A stretch of DNA of 64,000 nucleotides, from positions 320,001-384,000 of the forward strand of contig CAWCXJ010000013.1 of assembly GCA_963799485.1 (NCBI GenBank), read 5' to 3'. Source of the DNA: an uncultured Trueperaceae bacterium. Lineage in GTDB: Bacteria > Deinococcota > Deinococci > Deinococcales > Trueperaceae. This document shows positions 31,281-41,409 of this stretch, one piece after another. Below the pieces are notes generated by a model. That model saw only the letters and a list, made by a program, of their open reading frames with translations, did not search any database and was not told the DNA's origin. Position 1 is the first letter of the stretch; every line of letters starts with the position of its first letter. The translations under genes and the position numbers were made by a program.

Positions 31281-32783
31281 CTAGTTCCTCAACCCTTGCG
31301 CGAGGGTGTAGGTGAGGTCGTTTTGACGCAGTTCGTTCCTAAAGTTGCGAAGTCGGGTGTGCTCATCGATGACGACGAGTTCGACTCCGGCAATTTCGGC
31401 AAAGTCTTCCATATGTTCACTTTCTAAAACGTAGCTGTAAACGGTGTGGTGCGCGCCGCCCGCGTAAATCCAGGCAGCGAGCGCCGTCTTGAAGTCGGGT
31501 TTACATTCCCACACGGCCCTTGCCACCGGCAGCTTGGGCAGCGCCGGATGCGAGACCGCCTCGACCTCGTTGACAATCAGCCGGAAGCGGTTGCCCAGGT
31601 CGATTAAAGACACGTTGATGGCCGGGCCGGTCGGCGCGTCGAAAACCAGGCGCACCGGGTCTTCCTTACCGCCGATACCCAAAGGGTGAACCTCGAGCCG
31701 CGGTTTTCCCGCCGCAATGCTGGGGCAGACCTCCAACATATGCGACCCCAACACCTGCGACCCGGACGGGCGCAGATGATAGGTGTAATCCTCCATGAAC
31801 GAGGTGCGCTCGCCTCCTGCTATCACCTTGAGGGCCCGCAGCAAGACCGCAGTCTTCCAGTCGCCTTCGCCGCCGAAGCCGTAGCCGTCCGCCATCAACC
31901 GCTGCACCGCCAGCCCCGGCAGCTGTTTGAGGCCGTGAAGGTCTTCAAAGGTCGTGGTAAACCCCTTGAAGCCGCCCTCTTCTAAAAACGCCCGCATCCC
32001 GAGCTCGAGGCGCGCCCCGTACCGCAGCGATTCATGTCGGTCTTGACCTTTGTGCAGACCGTCCGCCACGTCGTAATTCGTTTCGTATATCTCAATAAGC
32101 GTACCTATATCAGCGTCCGTTACGGCGTCAACGCGTTCGACCAAATCACCGACGCCGTAACCGTTGACCGAACACCCGAACCGGATTTCAGCGGCGACCT
32201 TATCGCCTTCAGTTACGCCGACCTGCCGCATGTTATCGCCGAAACGGGCGAACCTCGCGCCCTGCAGGTCACTCCAGGCGTGCGCCACCCGCACCCACGC
32301 CCCGAGTTGGGCTTGCGTTTCGGGGTCTGTGTAGTGCCCGACCACGACCTTGCGCCCGAGCCGCATCCGGGTGTGCATAAAGCCCGCTTCACGGTCGCCG
32401 TGCGCGGCCTGGTTGAGGTTCATAAAGTCCATGTCGATCTCACTCCAGGGCAAATCGCGGTTGTACTGGGTGTGCAGGTGACAAAACGGTTTACTCAAAA
32501 CCGACAGTCCGCCAATCCACATCCGCGAGGGGGAAAAGGTGTGCATCCACAGCACGAGTCCGGCACAGTCCGGGTTGCTGCCGGCTTCCAGGCAGAGCTT
32601 CCGAATCTCGTCGGGGGTCGTGAGGAGCGCCTTGTAAACGAGTTTGAGCGGCAACCGACCCGACGCGTCCAGCGTTTCGGCGACCTCGCGGGCGTGGCGG
32701 GCAACCTCCTCCAAGGGGCCGGGGCCGTAAAGATGCTGCGAACCGCAGACGAACCAGATTTCGGGGGTGGCGAGCTGTTGCAT
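31281..32783 (-). CDS. araA: L-arabinose isomerase
   Basis: 'GSQHLYG', 'WMHTFSP', 'NQAAHGDRE', 'FGDNMR', 'SFMEDYTY', 'HMLEVCP', 'GGAHH'. Confidence 0.98.
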   Translation of the reverse strand: MQQLATPEIWFVCGSQHLYGPGPLEEVARHAREVAETLDASGRLPLKLVYKALLTTPDEIRKLCLEAGSNPDCAGLVLWMHTFSPSRMWIGGLSVLSKPFCHLHTQYNRDLPWSEIDMDFMNLNQAAHGDREAGFMHTRMRLGRKVVVGHYTDPETQAQLGAWVRVAHAWSDLQGARFARFGDNMRQVGVTEGDKVAAEIRFGCSVNGYGVGDLVERVDAVTDADIGTLIEIYETNYDVADGLHKGQDRHESLRYGARLELGMRAFLEEGGFKGFTTTFEDLHGLKQLPGLAVQRLMADGYGFGGEGDWKTAVLLRALKVIAGGERTSFMEDYTYHLRPSGSQVLGSHMLEVCPSIAAGKPRLEVHPLGIGGKEDPVRLVFDAPTGPAINVSLIDLGNRFRLIVNEVEAVSHPALPKLPVARAVWECKPDFKTALAAWIYAGGAHHTVYSYVLESEHMEDFAEIAGVELVVIDEHTRLRNFRNELRQNDLTYTLAQGLRN

Positions 32784-32851
32784 AGGGACTCCTAATAAGG
32801 TGATGGTCTGACCGTGTAGGCTTTTTTAAGCAGGCCTGCTACATCAGACTG

Positions 32852-32909
32852 ATGTGAACGTTCACATACTCTAGACTTCGATTGTAGGCTTCAGCTGTGG
32901 GCGCGTCAA
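32852..32909 (-). promoter_or_regulatory. araA promoter with LacI-type operator
   Basis: Perfect palindrome ATGTGAACGTTCACAT (32852-32867); -10 TACAAT 32881-32886; -35 TTGACG 32904-32909 (17 bp). Confidence 0.85.
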
Positions 32910-32971
32910 GCTGACCGGGGCGAGCCGTGAAAAGAGCTGAGTAGCCCCTGAGCGGTATCAAATAGCGACCC

Positions 32972-33953
32972 TCAAGGCGCAGCCGCGACTACCGGCCACC
33001 CGTCGGCACGCCAGAGGAGCGCCTTGACCCGTAAGGTCGGTACCCCGGCGAACTCGGCGTCATAGGCATGGTAGAGAATTTTATCGCCCGTTTTTTCTTG
33101 TAGCACCGCGTTGTGTCCGGGGCCGCGCCAGCGCCCGGCACCTTCAATCAGCAATGTTCCACCGCCCGCCATCATCGGTACGCCGGCTTTGTCCAGATAA
33201 GGGCCGGTAATCTTTTGTGCCCGGCCTACCCGCACGTTGTAGGTACTCTCGCTTCCGGCGCAGCAGCGGTCGTAAGAGACGAACAGATAGTAGTAGCGGC
33301 GCGTGACGGACGATAAAAGGTGCTTCGACGGCGTAGGGCGCGTCAGGCCGGGTGGCGAGGTCGTAAAGCGGCGCGTTCGTAAGTGGTTTGCCGGTGGTAG
33401 GCTCGAGTTCTACAAGTTTAATCCCCGTCCAGTAGCTGCCGAAACTCAGCCACACCCGCCCCTCCCGGTCGGTCACGGCGTTCGGGTCGATGGCGTTGTA
33501 GGGGTCTTCGGGGTAGCTTTCGATCACCAGACCCCGGTCTTCCCAGCGGTAGTTCGGGCTGCCGGGCTCGAGCGTGGTGTTCGTCGCCAGACCGATCACC
33601 GAACGGTTGCTGCCGAAGGTCGAGGCCGCGTAGTAGAGGTAGTACACACCGCCTCGGTACGAGATGTCCGGTGCCCAGAGGTTGGTCAGTCCCGGAACAG
33701 CTTCCGCCAGCCACGCGGGTTCGGCAAAAAAGACCGCGCTACATAAGTCCCACACGCGCAGGTCTGCTGAACAGTGAACGGGTATCCCGTTGCCGGTCGC
33801 AAACAGGTAGTAGGTGTCACCCTGACGGATAATAGCGGGGTCATGGATGTTACGGCTCGAGTCGAGCGCCCTTTTCACCGAGGCGTCTTGCGCCCAAGTG
33901 CCCCCTAAAAGGCACAGCAGCAAAATGCCCAGCACGGTTCTGTAACCGCTCAT
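32972..33953 (-). pseudogene. GH43 endo-1,5-alpha-L-arabinanase, frameshifted near 33300
   Basis: 'HDPAII', 'WAPDIS', 'NAIDP', 'SFGSYW', 'EAPFIV' in one frame; 'YYYLFVSYDRCCAG...GPGHN' in another. Confidence 0.85.
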
Positions 33954-33972
33954 GTTCCCCAAACCCCGAGCA

Positions 33973-35484
33973 TCAGGCGAGGTCGAAGACGAGTACCGTG
34001 ACCGAATGCGGTTCAAAGGTATAGGTTGCCGACGCCCCACTCGCTTGAACCGCGTCTTCTCGAGTCCTTACCCCGTCCGGCGAATCAAAGGTATTCGTCG
34101 TTTTCACGTCCGCCCCGTTGATGACAAACGCTTGCCCGGAACCGGCGAACTGCCCCTCGGAGAGCTTCACTTCCGTTTCAAGTTCCTTGTCCGGACTCCG
34201 GTTGACGACAAACACCGAAACCTTTTTCGCCTCCCTGTCCAGCGTCGCCGACACGTCCAAAAAGCGCACCGCGTCGTGTTCCGGCGTCGAAAAGGTGTCC
34301 CCCGACCAGAACACGTCCAGGGCCGTATCGCCAGCGGTGCGGCTGTAGACCTCGAACGGGTAAAAAATGGTTTGCAGCACCAGTCCGTCCGGGCGCGTCA
34401 GGATGGGCGCGATGACGTTGACGATCTGCGCGATGTTGGCGAATTTGACGCTATCCGCGTGCCGGATAAAGGCGTTGAGTTGCAGGCCGGTCATGAGGGC
34501 GTCCTCGAGGTTGTAAACTTCTTCCAACTTCTCTTCGTTGCCGGTGCGGTACCAGACGTTCCACTCGTCTACGGCGAGATAGACCGGATTTTTAAGCTTG
34601 TTGTCGAGTATCAGCGCCCGAATCAGCCCCTCATAACCGCTCAGACGGTCTTCTATAATTTCGGACACTGCCATATACGAGGCGAAGTCGTCGTTGCGGT
34701 AGCCGCGCAGCTCATCGTTGCCGACGTACCAGTGCAGCGCCATGTAATCGACCAGACTCCCGGCATCAGCCCCGCTGAACCTCGCCGCCGCCGCAACCTC
34801 CTCGAAAAGAAGTTGCGCCCGCTCGACGAGGTCGCGGTCCCAGACCGACACCGCCGAGGCGAACAGCTTAACCTTCGGGTCGGTCCATTTCATGACTTTG
34901 GCGTACTCGGTGTAGGCGCGGGCGTACGCTTCAGGGGACTTGAAACCGATCTGCCAGGGGCCGTCGATCTCGTTGCCGATGCCCCAGTATTTGACGCCAT
35001 GAGGGGCGTCGTAGCCATGTTTACGGCGGAGCTTGACGAGCGCCGTGTCTTGCGTGCCGTTGCAGTACTCGAGCCAGTCTCTCGCCTCCCGCATATCGCC
35101 GTCGCCGCAATTGACTGCCAGATACGGTTCGGTTCCCAGTTTACGGCAAAAGTCGATGAATTCGTTCGTGCCGAAGGTGTTGGGCTCGAGGTCAAACCAC
35201 GCCAGCTCCATCCGTGCCGGACGGTCTTCTTTGGGGCCGACCCCGTCGCGCCAGCGGTAGCCCGACACGAAGTTGCCGCCGGGATAACGCATGTTGGACA
35301 TTTGCAGCCGCCCAAGCGCTTCCAGCACATCTTTTCGCAAGCCGTTCTCGTCGGCGTGCGGCGAGTCCGGTTCATAAATGCCGCCGTAAATGCAGCGGCC
35401 CAGGTGCTCGGCAAAGCCGCCGAAGATGTTACGGTCGAGTGTGCCGAGGGTACGGTCCAGATCGAGTTTGATGGTGTTGGACAT
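33973..35484 (-). CDS. abfA: Alpha-L-arabinofuranosidase, GH51
   Basis: 'FAEHLGRCIYGGIY', 'RYPGGNFVSGY', 'GNEIDGPWQ', 'DEWNVW', 'AQIVNVIAP'. Confidence 0.95.
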   Translation of the reverse strand: MSNTIKLDLDRTLGTLDRNIFGGFAEHLGRCIYGGIYEPDSPHADENGLRKDVLEALGRLQMSNMRYPGGNFVSGYRWRDGVGPKEDRPARMELAWFDLEPNTFGTNEFIDFCRKLGTEPYLAVNCGDGDMREARDWLEYCNGTQDTALVKLRRKHGYDAPHGVKYWGIGNEIDGPWQIGFKSPEAYARAYTEYAKVMKWTDPKVKLFASAVSVWDRDLVERAQLLFEEVAAAARFSGADAGSLVDYMALHWYVGNDELRGYRNDDFASYMAVSEIIEDRLSGYEGLIRALILDNKLKNPVYLAVDEWNVWYRTGNEEKLEEVYNLEDALMTGLQLNAFIRHADSVKFANIAQIVNVIAPILTRPDGLVLQTIFYPFEVYSRTAGDTALDVFWSGDTFSTPEHDAVRFLDVSATLDREAKKVSVFVVNRSPDKELETEVKLSEGQFAGSGQAFVINGADVKTTNTFDSPDGVRTREDAVQASGASATYTFEPHSVTVLVFDLA

Positions 35485-35509
35485 GATTTTCTCCAGTTTG
35501 AGCTAGGGT

Positions 35510-36529
35510 TTAAGGCGTAGAAATGACCGGTACGGGTTGCGGGTTGGTACTCGGCCCCGCACCGCCGTTGACGGTGGGCCAGCCATCTTGCCAGGTCATT
35601 TTCTCGAGCAGCGCCGGACGGCGGTTGACGCCGTTGCTCAGGCGTGGATTGTCGCGCGGAATCGCATGGTAAAACAGCCAGTCCGTTCCGGCATCGTCTT
35701 GAATCACCGAGTTGTGACCCGGCCCGACCCAGGTTTCGTTCGCTGCCAGTACGATTTCGCCACCACCCCTCAGCAAGCTCTGCCCCTGGGCGTCTACATA
35801 AGGGCCGGTGAGGTTTTCCGAACGCCCGACGTAGAGAGTATAAGTGCTGTTCTCCCCGTCACAACACGAACCCGCCGAGACGAAAAGGTAGTAATAACCA
35901 TCTCGCTTTACGATATAGGGTGCTTCAAAACGGTCGTCGGCAAGTTGCGTGGTCTCCCCTACGGCCTGCGTACCATCGTCAGAAAGCGCGACCGCGTAAA
36001 TCCCGTAAAAACTCCCCCAAATCAGCGTGCGCGCCCCGCCGTCATTCCAGACAAACGGGTCGATAGAGTTTTCTACACCGATGTCTTCGGAACAAAACAC
36101 GGCGCGCCCCAAGTCCTCAAACGGCCCTGCGGGAGTTTCCGACGTGCCCAAACCGATACACGGGTTCGGGTCGCCCCACAACGACGCGGCGTAGTAGAGG
36201 TAATAGGTGTCCCCGTAAAACGAAATATCGGGAGCCCAGGTGAATCCGCCGGTTTCTTTCCAGGCGGGCGGCCCTGAAAATGCGTCGGCAACGAACGTCC
36301 AGTCCACCAGGTTGCTAGAGCTAAAAATCGGCAGGTAGTGGTTGCCTTGCCCGTCGGCCCAATCGTCCTGGGTAGCGTAGAGGTAAAAAGTGCCGTCCGG
36401 GGCGCGGATGATGCTCGGGTCGGCGGCGACGGGGGTGACGACCGGGTTGGTGTAGGTTTGCGCCGAGACGTGCGACGTCAACAACATAGCCGTCACAAAC
36501 AAGCTCAACGCGCCTTTGAGATAATTCAC
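35510..36529 (-). CDS. Secreted GH43 glycoside hydrolase (arabinanase/arabinosidase-like)
   Basis: Signal peptide; 'ADPSII', 'WAPDIS', 'SIDPF', 'FEAPYI', 'GPGHNS'. Confidence 0.92.
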   Translation of the reverse strand: MNYLKGALSLFVTAMLLTSHVSAQTYTNPVVTPVAADPSIIRAPDGTFYLYATQDDWADGQGNHYLPIFSSSNLVDWTFVADAFSGPPAWKETGGFTWAPDISFYGDTYYLYYAASLWGDPNPCIGLGTSETPAGPFEDLGRAVFCSEDIGVENSIDPFVWNDGGARTLIWGSFYGIYAVALSDDGTQAVGETTQLADDRFEAPYIVKRDGYYYLFVSAGSCCDGENSTYTLYVGRSENLTGPYVDAQGQSLLRGGGEIVLAANETWVGPGHNSVIQDDAGTDWLFYHAIPRDNPRLSNGVNRRPALLEKMTWQDGWPTVNGGAGPSTNPQPVPVISTP

Positions 36530-36640
36530 TCGCGCCTCTCTTTGAAAGAATGCTGCCTACAGGACAAGTTGGATGACTCAAATTTGCGCTTCATAATCTC
36601 CTCGAGCCACACGCCGACCCAGCGTCAGCATCACGCCGAA

Positions 36641-39496
36641 CTAGCGCGCCTTGAACTGCAGCGCACCAACCCGTTCACCGATACAGCGCCCCTGCTCAAG
36701 TCCCTGCTCAATCGCGGCGCGGTAGTGGATACCGCCGTAAAGTCGGCTGAGGGCGGCCTCCTTAGCGGCGGCCCAAAAAGACGGGAATGTGCGCGGCGCA
36801 AATCCCAGCGCGTCGTTTGCGCGGTCGGTAAACGCAACGGGGCCAAACACCTCGGTCAGTACGGCTGCCGCCGCCGCCGACTGCACCGAATGACCCGACG
36901 GGTACTCGGGAAACGGCGGGGTGACTACCGGGTCGGTGCCTTCGAGCGTGTTCCACGACGCGTCGATGACTTTTTGAATATACGAGACGGGCCGCACCAC
37001 GTTGTACTGATACTTGTCGCGCCAGCCAACGATAAACGAATCTGCTAGCGCTACCTCGAGCTTCGCGTAGGCTGCGGCGGCCTGCTCCAGACTGTAGCCG
37101 CCCTCATTAAGCAGGCGTGTCAAGATCGCTGTCCAGTGACCGGGCGGGGTGGACGTTTCAGCAGGGTTGTCCGCCCAGTAACGGGCGATAGTGCGCCTTT
37201 CAGGGGAAAGGGTGGTGACCGTTTTGTAGACCTCGAGCGCCTCGGCGTAAAAGGCCGAGGCGGGGTCTTCCGAGTAGGCCAGGGGCGGCGTCACCGGGCA
37301 TTTAGCGCCGGTGGTAAAAGGCCGGTTTTCGCCCCAGGTCGGTTGCAGGGCGCTAGCGAACTCAGGCGGTGTGCTGACCCACAGGCCCGGCGCGCTCGGT
37401 GGTTTGTAGGTCGTAACACTCCGCGCGTAGCCCTCATGACCGCCGTCGGTCAACGACCAGGCGTAAATTGCCGCAGCAACACGCTGACCTTGCGTGACGG
37501 AGCGTGCGAACACGTCCGGGTCGATTTCAGCTTTGAAGCGGTTGCTGAGAGTGGCCTCGAGCGCTGCAATTTTTCCCCGATTCTCCCCCCATGCCGGCCC
37601 GAACATGTACTGAGTCATGCTGGCTAGCGCGCTGTTAGCGACCGTCGGCCAGTGATAGGTTTTTCCCGCAACGGGTTTAGGAAGCGCCGTCAGCCCGTTG
37701 AGTTGACCTGCGAGACTTCGGTAGTCCGCCATACCGGGTCGCACGGCTTCGTAAAGCGTCACGCCTAGATAGCCCAATGCGCGCGCGGCGACCGGCGGCG
37801 AAAAACCGGGGCTTTCCTGAACGAGCCGCGCTGCCAGACCGAACCAGCGCGTGGCAACACGCACATCGTCGCTGCCGTTTTGGTAGGTCAGCGTCCAGAA
37901 CTGATTGGTCGGTACCTCGTTAAAGGTCTGCTTGAGGCCACCCGGCCAGACGACCTCTACACGTTTTATCCGGGAGCGCCCGAGCCCGAAGTGAAGCCGG
38001 GGGTCGTGACCTGCGCCGAGGCTCGAGCCCAACCCAACCTCCTGCATCTGCGTCTGCCCGCCCGCGTCGGTAACGTAAACTCTGGCCCCCACCGCGTCAC
38101 GGTTGACCGACCCGCTGCCGACGAGCTGCACTGTGAGCCAGTTGTTACCCGCTGCTCCGCTGTTTTGAAAAAGCTGGTAGCCTTCGTTCCAGTTGCCCTT
38201 GACAAAGTCCACATCACCGTCGTTGTCATAGTCTGCGTAAGCGAGGCCCATCGTCGGTTTGTCGTCTTTTGGTAAAACCGCGCTTACGTCCGCGAAGGTG
38301 CCGTCACCGCTGTTGTGAAAAAGTGCGTCGGTGTAAGGGTAGTAAAAGTCTTCCATGTTGGGCGCGCTGCCGCCGTAAAAACCGGGCGGCCCGGAAGACA
38401 TACCGCTCGAGGCCAGGTAGATATCCAGCAGGCCGTCGTTGTCGAAGTCGAAAAAAGCCGTCCCCCAACCGACCGCGTTGCCGGGGGGGTTGACGCCTAC
38501 GCCCGTTTCTTGCGTCACATCGGTAAAATTCCCCAGACCTTCATTTTTTAAGAGCAGCATCGGACTCATCATGTTCGAAACGTATATGTCCAGGTCACCG
38601 TCGTTGTCGTAGTCGCCGCTCGCAACGCCCATGCTGTGAAGTTTGGCATTTGCGCCTGCCGCCTCGGAAACATCGGTAAAACACCAGCCGCCGCAACCGG
38701 GGCCGTCGTTGCGCCACAGCACGTTCCCGATAGGGTTCGCCATCTTGTCGTTGGCGACGAACAGATCGGGGTCGCCGTCGTTGTCGAAATCGCCGAACGT
38801 GGCAGCGAAACCTGCGCCGAGGGTTTTTTCCTCTACCAGCAAAGCGGTTACGTCCGTAAAGGTACCGTCGCCACCGTTATGAAAAAGCCGGTCACGGCTG
38901 AGGCTGACATTTTCCGGGTCGCATTCGGGCAGACACGACCAGTTGACGACGTAAAGGTCTAAAAAGCCGTCACCGTCGTAGTCGCCCCACGTCGCCGACT
39001 CGCCCTTACCGGTATCGCCGACGCCCGCTCGAGCGGTTACGTCGGTGAACCCTTCGCCTGCGTTATTTTTGAACAGCATGTTGGCCCCGGCGTTCAGAAC
39101 GTAGAGGTCGCGCCAGCCGTCGTTATCAAAATCGGCCCAGACCGCGCCGCCGCTCGTAGCCTCCGGCAAACTCACCTGCGTAGCAAAGGGCGAGACCGTA
39201 AACGTCCCGTCGCCAACATTGTGGTAAAGCACGTTGAGGTCTTGATTACCCGTCACGTAGAGGTCTAGGAAGCCGTCGTTGTCGTAATCACCCCAGGCTT
39301 GCCCGACGCCCAGATAGCCCTCGCCGCGCCCTTCGGGGTCCCAGATCGCACGGTGACTTGCGCGGATACCCGCCGCGCCACTTACATCGGTAAATCGTGT
39401 GGTGGATTGGGCGGGACTCGAGCCCCACGCTCCCGGTAAAACGCCGGCCAGCAGCAAGGTAAAGCCAAAAGCGCGTAAGTGGGACGCGGTGTTCAT
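36641..39496 (-). CDS. Secreted FG-GAP (CRTAC1-like) plus ASPIC/UnbV plus vanadium haloperoxidase/PAP2-type fusion protein
   Basis: Seven D-[YF]-D-[NG]-D-G-x-x-D repeats; 'NRDAVGARV...RLHFGLG'; C-terminal 'KYQYNVVRP', 'YPSGHS', 'SRLYGGIHY'. Confidence 0.88.
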   Translation of the reverse strand: MNTASHLRAFGFTLLLAGVLPGAWGSSPAQSTTRFTDVSGAAGIRASHRAIWDPEGRGEGYLGVGQAWGDYDNDGFLDLYVTGNQDLNVLYHNVGDGTFTVSPFATQVSLPEATSGGAVWADFDNDGWRDLYVLNAGANMLFKNNAGEGFTDVTARAGVGDTGKGESATWGDYDGDGFLDLYVVNWSCLPECDPENVSLSRDRLFHNGGDGTFTDVTALLVEEKTLGAGFAATFGDFDNDGDPDLFVANDKMANPIGNVLWRNDGPGCGGWCFTDVSEAAGANAKLHSMGVASGDYDNDGDLDIYVSNMMSPMLLLKNEGLGNFTDVTQETGVGVNPPGNAVGWGTAFFDFDNDGLLDIYLASSGMSSGPPGFYGGSAPNMEDFYYPYTDALFHNSGDGTFADVSAVLPKDDKPTMGLAYADYDNDGDVDFVKGNWNEGYQLFQNSGAAGNNWLTVQLVGSGSVNRDAVGARVYVTDAGGQTQMQEVGLGSSLGAGHDPRLHFGLGRSRIKRVEVVWPGGLKQTFNEVPTNQFWTLTYQNGSDDVRVATRWFGLAARLVQESPGFSPPVAARALGYLGVTLYEAVRPGMADYRSLAGQLNGLTALPKPVAGKTYHWPTVANSALASMTQYMFGPAWGENRGKIAALEATLSNRFKAEIDPDVFARSVTQGQRVAAAIYAWSLTDGGHEGYARSVTTYKPPSAPGLWVSTPPEFASALQPTWGENRPFTTGAKCPVTPPLAYSEDPASAFYAEALEVYKTVTTLSPERRTIARYWADNPAETSTPPGHWTAILTRLLNEGGYSLEQAAAAYAKLEVALADSFIVGWRDKYQYNVVRPVSYIQKVIDASWNTLEGTDPVVTPPFPEYPSGHSVQSAAAAAVLTEVFGPVAFTDRANDALGFAPRTFPSFWAAAKEAALSRLYGGIHYRAAIEQGLEQGRCIGERVGALQFKAR

Positions 39497-39589
39497 ATCA
39501 CCGCCGCCAGACCTGCCACGAAACCTGTGAAAAGCGCACCCGTCACCCTAAGTACCCTGTCCAAGCTTGTTATCGACACCGTGCTCGAC

Positions 39590-40483
39590 TCACCCTTTAA
39601 GTCCGGCCGTCGCCATGATGCCCTCGGTAATACGGTTTTGAAACGCCAGATACGCCACGACCACCGGCAGACCGGCAAGTACCGCCACCGCCATCGTGCG
39701 GGCGTACTGCACACCGAACGCGTCGTTGACCTGGGTGATGCCAACCGGAATCGTCATCATGGACTCGGAGGTGGTGATGATAAACGGCCAAAAAAAGGCG
39801 TTCCAGGTCGCGATAAAGGTCGTAATCGCCAGCGCCCAGGTAATCCCCAAGTTGATCGGCAAGTAGACGCTAAAGAGGATACGCGCCTCGCTCGCCCCGT
39901 CGAGTACTGCCGCCTCGCGCAGCTCACGGGGTACCGCGTCGAAAAACCGTTTATAGATGATGATGGTGATCGGCGCGATAAGTTGCGGCAAGATGATACC
40001 CGCGTAAGAGTTCACAGCCCTAAAGTCGTTCATCAGAATAAATTGCGGGACTGTAAGTGCCTGACCCGGAATCATAAACCCTGCCAGCAGCGTCCAGTAG
40101 AGCAGATTTTTACCGGGAAACGAGAGCTGGGAGATCGCGTAGGCGCAGAGCAGGCAGAGAAGTACAACCAGGAAAGTAATCACGACACCGGTAAAGACGC
40201 TGTTCCAGTACCACCGCAACAACCCGCTCTGCCGCAGCGCCCCGATATAGGCGTCGAACGTAAGGGGTAGCGGCAACCAAGACGGTGGGTTGGCTAACAC
40301 ATCGGTTTCTCTTTTGAGTGACGTCACGACCGCCCAGTAAAGCGGGAACAGCCACAGCAGCGCCATAAAAAGAGTGAACAAGGTGCCGATCAGACCCGGA
40401 ACGTTCGGACGCTTTCCCCGGCGCGTCGTCCCAACCCGGCTTGGGGGGTCTGCGACAACCTGAACGCTAGCAGCCCGGCTCAC
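39590..40483 (-). CDS. Carbohydrate ABC transporter permease (MalG-like)
   Basis: 'VPRELREAAVLDGA', 'WNAFFWP'. Confidence 0.93.
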   Translation of the reverse strand: MSRAASVQVVADPPSRVGTTRRGKRPNVPGLIGTLFTLFMALLWLFPLYWAVVTSLKRETDVLANPPSWLPLPLTFDAYIGALRQSGLLRWYWNSVFTGVVITFLVVLLCLLCAYAISQLSFPGKNLLYWTLLAGFMIPGQALTVPQFILMNDFRAVNSYAGIILPQLIAPITIIIYKRFFDAVPRELREAAVLDGASEARILFSVYLPINLGITWALAITTFIATWNAFFWPFIITTSESMMTIPVGITQVNDAFGVQYARTMAVAVLAGLPVVVAYLAFQNRITEGIMATAGLKG

Positions 40484-41388
40484 CTTGGCCCACTTTGCAA
40501 AACCCGAACAAGAAAAAGCGACACGATCAGGATGATGACAAACAGTGCGACGGCAATCGTCGAGGAGTAGCCCCCGTCAAAACCCTGGAACGCTTCGTTG
40601 TACATGTACTGCAAGGTGACGACCGTCGAGTTGAAGGGGCCGCCGCCGGTTAAAAGGTACACCTGGTCGAAAATTTTAAGCTGCGCGATGAGTTGCAAGG
40701 TCAAAACGAGCCCGGTAATCGGCCAGAGCAGCGGCCAGGTCACATAAAAAAAGATTTGTAGGCCGGTCGCGCCGTCGAGCGCGGCGGCTTCGTAATAATC
40801 TCTACCGATGCCCTGCAAGCCTGCAATAAAGAGCAGCATGTTAAAGCCTACCGTCCACCAGATGGTGATAAAAGCAACCATCGGCATGGCCCAGTTCGGA
40901 TCGCTAAATACCGCCAGCGGTTCTCCGGCAATGAGTGTCAGCGGGCCCCTGAAAATACCGAACTGGGTATTTAGGAGCCACTGCCAGATGAGCACGACCA
41001 CCCCTACCGTAAGCATATTCGGCAGAAAAAAAGCGGCCAGTACAAAACTTTTAAGCCGGTTGAGCCGCACCACCATGATGGCAAATACGAGCCCCAGGGC
41101 GGTATTGGGGATAACGGTCAGCGCGACGAAGTAAAAGGTGTGGCGAATAGACGCCCAAAACCGGGAGTCGGTCAAGAGATTGCGGTAGTTCTCGAGCCCG
41201 ATATACTCGCCCGCACCGATAAGCGGCGCGTCCATAAACGACAGTTGAAACATCCTGAAAGTAGGGAAGATAAACAAAACGAGATAGAGCAGCGTAAAGG
41301 GGGCGACAAGAAAAAAGGCGGCGCGCCACATCCGCCAGTTACGCCGTTTTCGAGATCGCTGCCGTGTCTGTACTTGCGTCTGCACCAT
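40480..41388 (-). CDS. Carbohydrate ABC transporter permease (MalF-like)
   Basis: 'AGLQGIGRDYYEAAALDGA'; ATG after GGAG. Confidence 0.93.
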   Translation of the reverse strand: MVQTQVQTRQRSRKRRNWRMWRAAFFLVAPFTLLYLVLFIFPTFRMFQLSFMDAPLIGAGEYIGLENYRNLLTDSRFWASIRHTFYFVALTVIPNTALGLVFAIMVVRLNRLKSFVLAAFFLPNMLTVGVVVLIWQWLLNTQFGIFRGPLTLIAGEPLAVFSDPNWAMPMVAFITIWWTVGFNMLLFIAGLQGIGRDYYEAAALDGATGLQIFFYVTWPLLWPITGLVLTLQLIAQLKIFDQVYLLTGGGPFNSTVVTLQYMYNEAFQGFDGGYSSTIAVALFVIILIVSLFLVRVLQSGPR

Positions 41389-41409
41389 ACTGACTCCAAA
41401 AGATAAAAG

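Noticed and set aside
32034..32795. 253-aa + strand ORF, and similar ORFs at 26315-27019, 35537-36277, 39479-40270 and 54879-55565
   Set aside because: Antisense to well-supported genes; no recognisable domains.
33952..35520. 522-aa ORF on the + strand
   Set aside because: Antisense shadow of GH51; expected from high-GC codon bias; no motifs.
38200..39300. Recurring GTCGTTGTCG-like DNA repeats
   Set aside because: They encode the FG-GAP DxDNDG protein repeats and are not a DNA-level array.
36641..39496. Enediyne biosynthetic cluster (UnbV domain)
   Set aside because: No PKS, thioesterase, UnbL or UnbU genes in the window.
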